From positions 4,288,001-4,352,000 of the forward strand of contig OY762911.1 in assembly GCA_963666565.1 (NCBI GenBank): a DNA stretch of 64,000 nucleotides. Reading direction: 5' to 3'. Numbering within the stretch: the first letter of the stretch is position 1; each line of letters opens with the position of its first letter. Made by a program: the position numbers and the translations under genes. The DNA comes from Thermoanaerobaculia bacterium (lineage in GTDB: Bacteria; Acidobacteriota; Thermoanaerobaculia; Multivoradales; Multivoraceae). Shown in pieces: positions 56,983-64,000 of this stretch. The notes beneath the pieces are model-generated. The model made no database searches, was not told the DNA's origin, and saw nothing but the letters and a program-made list of their open reading frames with translations.

Positions 56983-57164
56983 TCAGCCGCCAACCCCCCA
57001 GCCTCGCCGCGCGTCCGGTGTCGGCCTCCGGTCGCTCCGCTCCCTCCGGCCGACACCGGAGTCCTGCGGCGCTTCTCCGGACGCCTGCCCCGACCTCTAC
57101 CGCCTCTCCTCGAGTGTGCAGTTTTCAGTTGCCACAAGTGTGCAGTTTTCGGTTGCCATTGACA

Positions 57165-59682
57165 CGCCGGCGCCGTACTCCCGGGCGGCGTTTCGCCACC
57201 TCATCTTCACCTCGAAGCGCGAGTCCCGAAGACAGAGCGTCTCCGCGTCCGGCAGGCAGGAACCTGTGGGCGGCCTGACCTCGGTCACGGCGGGCAGGGA
57301 AAAGCCCTGCTCGTTGTACGCGAATACCCTCGTCGCGTGTAGCGGGTTGTTCACGTAGGCGGATGGGACGAGGGCCGTCGTCGTGTCCGGCGGGACCAGT
57401 GCCAACCTGTGGCTCGCCCACTGAACTTCGAAACCCCACTCGTCGTGGGAGTTGTCCTTCCAGCCCAGGCGCGCCGTTTCTCCCTCGACGACCACGGAAA
57501 GGTCCGAGGGCGCCTCCGGTCCCGCCCCGCGAGCCCCCAGAGTCAAATGCGCCCAGGATGGCGGGCTGTAGCCATACTCGTTGCCGGGCCTGACTTCGAA
57601 CGTGTAGCGCCCGCCCCGGGCGAGGCCCTCGATGTCCACCGACTCGGTACGTACGCTCCCGATCAGGTGATGCCAGCCCTCAAGACGAGCCGTGACCAGG
57701 TACTTGTCGCTCCCGCGACTTCCCCTCCAACTGACCCTAGCCGTCGTCGGCCCGATGGCCGTAGCGGTGAGATCCGTGAGAGATTCCGGGGCCAGCGGAT
57801 GTCTGCGCCAACGAAAGGTCTCCGACTCGGCGCTCTCGGAACGGGCGGCGGGGTTTCTTGCGAACACCTTCACCCGGTAGTCGCGGTCCCGAGGCTGTAC
57901 CTTCGAAGTCAGGAAGTCCCCCTCCGCCCCCTCCGACACCCACTTGCGCGCGATCGGCTCGTTGCCCTCCAGCAGCAACATCTCGAACCCGAACTCGTTG
58001 TCCGAATTGTCCGCCCAACGGACCGTCAGGACCGAGTCGGACGGAACCACGACCACGTCCGACGGCGCCGCGACAGGCTCGCCGGGGATGCTCAGGAAGG
58101 CGTAGCCGCTGCGCAGGGACCGCTCTTCGCCCTTCGTCGCCACCACCCAGCACTGGTACCATGTGCCCGGTTCAGGGCGTTCCAGCGGAATCGTTGCCTC
58201 GCTGCGACCCTCGACCCGAAGGGTGGGGTCGTGACCGCCCCAACACCTGACCTCGTATCCGTCAGCTTCCGGCGCGTTGCCCTTCCAGGAGAGGCGCAGG
58301 AACTCGCCTTCGCGCCGTATCCGAAGGTCGCTCGGCGGCGCCGGCACTCCCTCCAGCGAACGCAAGTAGTCGCTGTAGCGCGCGCCGACGTGGACCGTTT
58401 TCTGCAACAGCCGCTCGTTGTCCCGCGCTCCCGCGATGCCGACGACGGCGCCCCAGGGCCTGATCCGCGGCGTGGAGAAGAACGGCTCGATCTGGCCCAT
58501 GTTGCTCACGGCCGTCCCGATGCTCGGCATCACGTCCACGTCCCCGTGACCGAAGCCGTACGGCCTGAACGCGTTCTCCGGGAAACCTGTGCTGCCCGGA
58601 TCGTGGTTGGCCCCCAGATTGTGGCCAATCTCGTGAACGAAGGTGACCACGTAGTCGCAGTAGCCGGCGTTGCTCGTCCAGGCGAAGGCGTCCGAGTGGA
58701 AATTCTTGGGCGTGGGCCCGTCATAGAAGCCCCTGATCAAGAGAAAGGCCCGGCCGCACGGACCGACGAGGGCCGGGCCTTCGCCCGTGAATAGATGCAC
58801 CAGGTCGGCCCGGTGTTCATGGCGCAGGCGCAACACGTCTCCATCGTCACGGAGCCCGTCCAACAGTCCTCGCCACCGGGAGCGTTGATCTCGCGCCGCC
58901 CGGTCGAGAACGGCGGACGTCTGAAAGGCGTGGACGATGTGCGGCTCCACCGGTAGCTCGTTGTTCCGAAACACCATCTTCAGGTAGTCGCCCGCGTGGC
59001 GGATCGCAGCCTCGGGGCCGCCGATCGCCGCCCAGTTCTTCGCCGCCGTCGCCGTGTACGCCACCAGGATGTCCAGCCGGTCGTGGCTCTGCGGACTGCT
59101 CACCGGCTGGAGAAGATCGGCGCCGTGGGACCCCGCCCGGGCATGGGCCGCAGCGTCGCGGGCGGCCTCCGGGACCGTCTCCACCTCGCAGAAAGGCACG
59201 CCCTCCGGCCGCGAACCGCCGACCGGCGCCATGCCGCCCCGGCCATCGGCCGCCGCGTGGATCTGGTACGCCCCGCCGCCCGCGGCGCCGAACCGGCCCA
59301 CCAGACGGCCGCCCTCCACCGTCAGCACCACCGTGTCGTACCCCGCGTCCGGGTGGCCGCCGGACCACATCAGGTCGCCGCCGCCGCGGTCCTCGAACAC
59401 GCTCCGCTCCGCCGAGAGGACGCTGCCGTCCGGCGTCGGCACCTCCAGCCAGAGCGGCGCGCTGCGCAGCAAGTCCAGGTCCACTTCCACCGCCGTCGGA
59501 ACCGGCCCGATCGACGGGCCGGGACCGTCCGCCGAGGAAGCCTCCGCAACGCCCGGAACGAGCGTCAGCAACCGTTGCGCCTGAGCCGCCGGAGCCCACC
59601 CAAGGAGAAACGCCGCCAGCAAGGCGCACCGCAACACTGCCTCCAGAAATCCGAAAAACAGCGAAATGGCTTGAAATCTCAA
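57165..59682 (-). pseudogene. M12 metalloprotease paralogue, C-terminally truncated by IS21
   Basis: Near-identical prodomain to 50852-54115; HEIGHNLGANH; stops after ETLCLRDSRFEVKMRW...GAG where the IS end begins; start uncertain. Confidence 0.85.
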
Positions 59683-59790
59683 GAAGTCGTTAGAGTAGTA
59701 CGGTGCCTTGGCCGCGTAATCTCCAAACCCCCGGAACCTCGGGCCGCTGAGCCGGTCCCGCGAATAGCGGTTCCGTCAACGAGCCGCCGC

Positions 59791-60537
59791 CTACGGCAGC
59801 GTCATCACCAGGGGCTTCTTCCTCGTGACGACGATCGTGTGCTCGAACTGGACCGTCGTCGTGCCGCGCCTGTTGAGCAGCGTCCAGCCGTCCTTGGCCG
59901 TCTTCGCCTGCTCGCGGCCGTTGGTCAGGAACGGCTCGATCGTCAGCACCATGCCGTCGTGCAGGAAGCGGTCGTCGTTCGGGTCGTCGAAGCCGGGCAC
60001 GAACTTCGGCTCTTCGTGGAGCGAGCGGCCGATGCCGTGCGAGCCGAGGTTGCGGATCAGGCCGAAGCCTGCCCGGGTCGCCGTCTCCTCGATCGCGCGG
60101 CCGATGTTGCGCATGCGGCGGCCGTGGCGGGCCTGCCGCAGCGCCGAGCGCAGCGCCCGCCGGGTGGCCGAGATCATGCGGCGCTTCTCCCCGTTCACCG
60201 GCGGCACGGGGTAGGCCGCGCCGGTGTCGCTGAAGTAGCCGTCGAGTTCGAGCGACACGTCGACGTGAACGAGGTCGCCGGCCTCGATCCGCCGCTCGCC
60301 GGCGATGCCGTGCGCCACTTCCTCGTTGACGCTGATGCAGGTAGCGGCCGGAAAGTCGTAGCAGAACTCCGGCGCCGAGCGGGCGCCGCGGGCTTCCATG
60401 TACTCCCGGCCGATCAGGTCCAGTTCGGCGGTCGTCATGCCCGGCTCGAGAGACTCGCCCATCCGGGCGAGGCAGCGTGCCGCGACCCGGCCCGCCCGGC
60501 GCAGGGCCTCCAGATCCTCGCGGCCGCCGATCGTCAT
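59791..60537 (-). CDS. map: Methionine aminopeptidase type I
   Basis: CISVNEEVAHG; DVS..LDGYFSD; HGIGRSLHEEP; TIEPF; QFEHT. Confidence 0.93.
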   Translation of the reverse strand: MTIGGREDLEALRRAGRVAARCLARMGESLEPGMTTAELDLIGREYMEARGARSAPEFCYDFPAATCISVNEEVAHGIAGERRIEAGDLVHVDVSLELDGYFSDTGAAYPVPPVNGEKRRMISATRRALRSALRQARHGRRMRNIGRAIEETATRAGFGLIRNLGSHGIGRSLHEEPKFVPGFDDPNDDRFLHDGMVLTIEPFLTNGREQAKTAKDGWTLLNRRGTTTVQFEHTIVVTRKKPLVMTLP

Positions 60538-60679
60538 CGCGGCCCGCCGGCAGAGCGGCCGCCGAGCCGCCGGGCAAGGAACCGGGCGATTGCGGCGGCG
60601 TGCGACGCCGTCCGCGAGCGCCGGCTATTGCCCGGCTGCGAGGTTGTCGGCGGCGGTGCGCCGGTGCGCGAGCCGGCCA

Positions 60680-61459
60680 TCAATCGGGCAAGACGAGGAT
60701 GCGCAGGTTGCGGAACCAGATCTCGTTGCCGTGGTCCTGAAGCGCGATGTGGCCCGTCTCCATCATGCCGTAGCCGGGCATGGAGGCGAACTTGCTGGCG
60801 GCGACGAGTTCCTTCCACTCTTCGTTCCAGAGCGCGTACTCGACGACCTTCTCGCCGTTCAGCCAGTGGGTGACGGCGGCGCCCTCGACCCGCAGGGCGG
60901 ACGTGTTGAACTCGCCGACCGGCGCCAGTTCGCCACCCTGCCGGGCGTGGAGCGCGTAGTTCGAGGCCGCCGAGGTCTCCATCCGCTGGCCGTCCCGATG
61001 TCCGTCGTCGTCCAGGATCTGGAACTCGGGGCCCGTCGAGTAGGACGCGCCGGCATCCTCGGAAACGTGGAACATGACGCCGCTGTTGCCGCCCGCCGTC
61101 ACCGCCCAGTCGAAGCGAAATTCGAAGTTCCTGTACTGCTCCCGGGTCAGCAGATCGGCCCGCGGCCCGGCGTCGTCGCCGGGAGGCACGAAGTGAATCG
61201 TGCCGTCGGCCACCGCCCAGCCCGCCGGTACCCGGTCCAGCTTGAAGCCGCGCCACCGGTCGAGCGACTCGCCGTCGAACAGCGACTGGAAGCCCGCTTC
61301 GGCTTCCTCGGCCGTGAGTTCGTTGAGGGCCGGGTCGGCAGGCGCCGCCGCGGTCTCTTCGGTTTCGGCGTCGTCCCCGGCGCCCACGCGGATCTCCACG
61401 CAGGCGCCCGCTCCGACCGCCAGCAACACGGCAACGCCAATCGTCAACGTCTTCTTCAT
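60680..61459 (-). CDS. DUF1080 (3-keto-disaccharide hydrolase-like) lipoprotein
   Basis: Lipobox GAGAC; LFDGESL..W; GGNSGV; GPEFQILD; GHIALQDHG..IWFRNLRI. Confidence 0.9.
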   Translation of the reverse strand: MKKTLTIGVAVLLAVGAGACVEIRVGAGDDAETEETAAAPADPALNELTAEEAEAGFQSLFDGESLDRWRGFKLDRVPAGWAVADGTIHFVPPGDDAGPRADLLTREQYRNFEFRFDWAVTAGGNSGVMFHVSEDAGASYSTGPEFQILDDDGHRDGQRMETSAASNYALHARQGGELAPVGEFNTSALRVEGAAVTHWLNGEKVVEYALWNEEWKELVAASKFASMPGYGMMETGHIALQDHGNEIWFRNLRILVLPD

Positions 61460-61508
61460 CCGTTCATCCTCCTTGATGGAAATGGCCGCCGGCCGCGACG
61501 GCCTTCCG

Positions 61509-61653
61509 CTGGGTGCGCGGGTCTTCCGACCCGCCCTTGGGCGGCGCCGCGGAGCGGCGCAAGCCCGGACAGTCAAAGCCGCCGGCCAAAGGCCGGCAAC
61601 AATCCTGGACGCCGCCTGCGGCGGCAGCCGGCGAGGACGCCGGCGCACCCAGT
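61509..61653. repeat. Inverted pair of REP-like elements (family A forward, family B reverse)
   Basis: CTGGGTGCGCGGGTCTTCCGACCCGC ... GCCGGCGAGGACGCCGGCGCACCCAG. Confidence 0.78.
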
Positions 61654-61680
61654 GTGCGGCCCCTTCCCCTGCGCGGGTTC

Positions 61681-63798
61681 CTATTGCCCATAACGAACGC
61701 CGATCCGGACCGAACGTTCCGGGCCCGGAAAACCGACCTGCGTCTCGTACGACTCGTCGAAGGCATTGTCGGCGCGCAGGCTCACGCGCCACCGCTCCGC
61801 GGCCTGCCACGCGAGCGACAGGCCGACGAGGTCACGGCCGGCGACAGAGGTCCGGAACGGCGCCGGAATCTGCTCGTCCAGGTACGAGCCGGTGTGCCGC
61901 GCCTCGAAGCCGAGCCGGACCGACTCGCTCACGTCGACCCGCACGCCGATGCCGCCGTAGAGATCCGGCCGGCGCCGCAGCGGCCGCCCGGTGGCCAGGT
62001 CCTCCGTGTCCTGCGACGTGGCGCGGACATCGACCTCGACGCGCGCCGACGGGTTCCAGACCAGGAACGCCTCCAGCCCTTCGGCGTCCACCTTGCTCCG
62101 GTTGACGATCTGAAACGTGTCGAAGTCGAAGTCGATCAGGTTCTCGAACCGGTTCGAGAACAGGGTGACGCCGCCCCGCAGCGAGCCGCCCCGTTCCGCA
62201 CCGACGCGCGCCCGGAACTCGACTCCCAGGTCCGCCCCGGCGCTCGTCTCGGCCTGGAGGTCCGGGTTGCCGCCGATGGCCCGCGGCGTCGCCAGGGCGT
62301 AGAGGCTCGGCAGCTTGAACGCCTCGCCGGCCGATGCCCGCACCGACCACGAAGCGCCGCCCGGCGCGTAGCGCAGACCGACGCGCGGGCTGAACTCCTC
62401 GCCCTCGCCCTCGAAGAAATCGGCCCGCGCGCCGATCTCGGCCACGAAGCCGCCGCGGCCCCACCGCCACTCCGCGAACGCGCCGGCGCGTTCCCGCTCG
62501 ATCAGGTAGTCGCCGGCGAGCGGGCCTCCGAAGTAGGGCGGCAGCAGCAGCAGACTCCGGTTGCGCCCTTCCTCCGCCAGACCCTCCACGCCCAGGCCGA
62601 TCTCGTACGGCGCTCCGCCGGCCGGAGCGAAGGCGCCGGTCCAGGCCACCCGCAGGTCGTTGAAGTCCGTGGACTCGGAGATCGGCGGCACCACAGGGAC
62701 GATCGGAGGGCTGTCGCGGTCGAGCGCGTGCTCGTACAACGTGGACCGCAACGTGTGGCGCCAGGCCTTCCCGGCGCCGAGGTCGACCGTCGCCGCCAGC
62801 CCGAGGTCCCCGTGGTCGGACTCCCGCAGGTCGCCGCTGCCGAAGATCGGACCGCCCGAACCGTCAGGGTAGTCGTCCGCCCGCCAGTCCGAGAAGCGCC
62901 CCGAAAGGCGAAGCGCGGACGCCTCGCCCAGGTTCCGGCCCCAGCGCGCGCTGAGCGTCTGCTGCTCCAGCGCGTCCTCGCCGACCCGGCCCCGCTCCTC
63001 GCGGACCGCAGCGTTGATCGAACCGTGCGACGACTCGCCCGCGCGCCCCCAGGAGAGCCGGCCGCTCAGGTGGTCGTGATCTCCCGCGTGCGCGCTCCAG
63101 CCCAGGAAGGGCGCCTCGTCGCGCGGCGCCGCCGTGATCAGTTGCACCGCCCCTGCCAGGGAACTCGACCCATAAAACGAGGAGAGCGGTCCGCGGACCA
63201 CCTCCAGGCGCTCGATCTCGGCCGCGCCCACGCTGCCGAGCGGGAAGGCGCCGCCGTACTGGTCCGTGCTGTCGGCCATCGGCACGCCGTCGATCAGGAC
63301 GAGCGAGAAATTCGCGTCGCCGCCGCGCAGCGACACGCCGGCGAGAGCGGCGCTGGAGTCGTTGCCGAGCACCCAGGCGCCGGGCACGAGCCGCAGCGCC
63401 TCGGCCGCGTCGCGCACCGCCAGCCCCTCCAGGTCGCGGGCTTCGACGACCTGCACCGAGGCCGTTGCCCCGTCGAGAGCGCGGGCCCGCACCGTCGCCG
63501 TCTCGTAGAACACGGTCTCCGGCGCCGAGCCGTCCCGGCCTTCGGCCTCAGCCGCAGCCTCGTCCTGCCCGGGTAGTGCCGCCGGCGCCGCCAGCGCCAG
63601 CGTCGCGAGAGCGATCAACGCAAGCAGGGACAGCGAGCCTCCGCTGCACCGTCGCGCAGGGACCAGGGCCGTCCGCTGGGTGCGCGGGTCTTCCGACCCG
63701 CCCACGGGCGGAGCCGCGGAGCGGCGCAGCCCGAAGAAAAGGGCCGTCGGCGGCCAGTTCCATGCACAGGCTTTCGGCAAGTCCATCCGGTCGTTCAT
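61681..63798 (-). CDS. TonB-dependent receptor (BtuB-like architecture)
   Basis: ETATVRA; SLRGG; LVLIDGVP; IERLEVVRGPLSSFYGS; GNPDLQAE; DNAFDESY; start uncertain. Confidence 0.88.
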   Translation of the reverse strand: MNDRMDLPKACAWNWPPTALFFGLRRSAAPPVGGSEDPRTQRTALVPARRCSGGSLSLLALIALATLALAAPAALPGQDEAAAEAEGRDGSAPETVFYETATVRARALDGATASVQVVEARDLEGLAVRDAAEALRLVPGAWVLGNDSSAALAGVSLRGGDANFSLVLIDGVPMADSTDQYGGAFPLGSVGAAEIERLEVVRGPLSSFYGSSSLAGAVQLITAAPRDEAPFLGWSAHAGDHDHLSGRLSWGRAGESSHGSINAAVREERGRVGEDALEQQTLSARWGRNLGEASALRLSGRFSDWRADDYPDGSGGPIFGSGDLRESDHGDLGLAATVDLGAGKAWRHTLRSTLYEHALDRDSPPIVPVVPPISESTDFNDLRVAWTGAFAPAGGAPYEIGLGVEGLAEEGRNRSLLLLPPYFGGPLAGDYLIERERAGAFAEWRWGRGGFVAEIGARADFFEGEGEEFSPRVGLRYAPGGASWSVRASAGEAFKLPSLYALATPRAIGGNPDLQAETSAGADLGVEFRARVGAERGGSLRGGVTLFSNRFENLIDFDFDTFQIVNRSKVDAEGLEAFLVWNPSARVEVDVRATSQDTEDLATGRPLRRRPDLYGGIGVRVDVSESVRLGFEARHTGSYLDEQIPAPFRTSVAGRDLVGLSLAWQAAERWRVSLRADNAFDESYETQVGFPGPERSVRIGVRYGQ
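63676..63735 (+). repeat. REP-like element (family A), extended copy matching 61509-61568
   Basis: GCTGGGTGCGCGGGTCTTCCGACCCGCCC..GGGCGG.GCCGCGGAGCGGCGCA. Confidence 0.8.
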
Positions 63799-63847
63799 GG
63801 CCGGTCAGCTTAGCCGAGAGGCCCGCTGCTATCGTGCCGACCCGCTC

Positions 63848-64000
63848 ATGAACCCGCTACGACGCACCGCGCCGGCGATCGCCCTGTTCCTCGCCTCGAC
63901 GACGGCGGCCCAGGAGATCGAGACGACCCGCTTCGAGGTCCCCGGCCTCGACGCGCCGGTCGAGATCCTGGTCGACCGCTGGGGCGTCGCCCACGTCTTC
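63848..64000 (+). CDS. Penicillin acylase-family protein, N-terminus (runs off the window edge)
   Basis: Manual translation MNPLRRTAPAIALFLASTTAAQEIETTRFEVPGLDAPVEILVDRWGVAHVF. Confidence 0.8.
   Translation, partial: MNPLRRTAPAIALFLASTTAAQEIETTRFEVPGLDAPVEILVDRWGVAHVF

Larger units (their letters stand above)
55040..57164 (+). mobile_element. IS21-family insertion sequence (about 2.1 kb)
   Basis: TGT...ACA termini, each end carrying two GGCAAC(C/T)G-AAA repeats; istA-istB pair; no target-site duplication. Confidence 0.93.

Noticed and set aside
57115-57164. ATENC peptide repeats at the end of the 861-aa ORF
   Set aside because: They are the translation of the IS21 terminal repeats, not a protein motif.
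50852-59682. Diversity-generating retroelement or shufflon acting on the protease paralogues
   Set aside because: No reverse transcriptase or site-specific recombinase is in the window, all copies are co-oriented, and the differences include indels rather than adenine-specific changes.
63640-63847. Cobalamin riboswitch upstream of the BtuB-like receptor
   Set aside because: No B12-box recognised; the structure present is the REP-like repeat. An Rfam scan would be decisive.

Overview
Very GC-rich bacterial chromosomal window. The gene content and the repeated 'WEVLVKVLDGCxING..WV' domain suggest an Acidobacteriota (Thermoanaerobaculia-like) genome, possibly host-associated; this is inference. 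About 45 real CDS are present; most long ORFs in the supplied track are antisense shadows. Main blocks: (1) acetoacetate-CoA ligase, an M16 protease, and modABC preceded by a divergent Tat-exported GGT-family enzyme; (2) a TonB-dependent receptor with a sulfatase, a thiolase-like gene with an orphan peptide-binding lipoprotein, and a collapsed defence-locus remnant; (3) a class III PHA locus (phaR, phasin-like gene, phaE, phaC) with a GNAT, an acyl-CoA ligase, a MaoC hydratase and an SDR; (4) ugd-uxs, an LLM/NUDIX/CoA-transferase operon and ctaA/ctaB; (5) a ~19.5-kb single-strand surface-protein island with a 2871-aa modular Ig-repeat adhesin and a tandem array of reprolysin-like (M12) metalloproteases that share a Cys-bounded C-terminal domain, broken by an IS21 element without target-site duplication; (6) map, DUF1080, a second TonB receptor and the start of a penicillin acylase. 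Intergenic space holds two REP-like hairpin families with the same leader but different stems, and a 173-bp element with 33-bp perfect terminal inverted repeats. No rRNA, tRNA or CRISPR array was seen.
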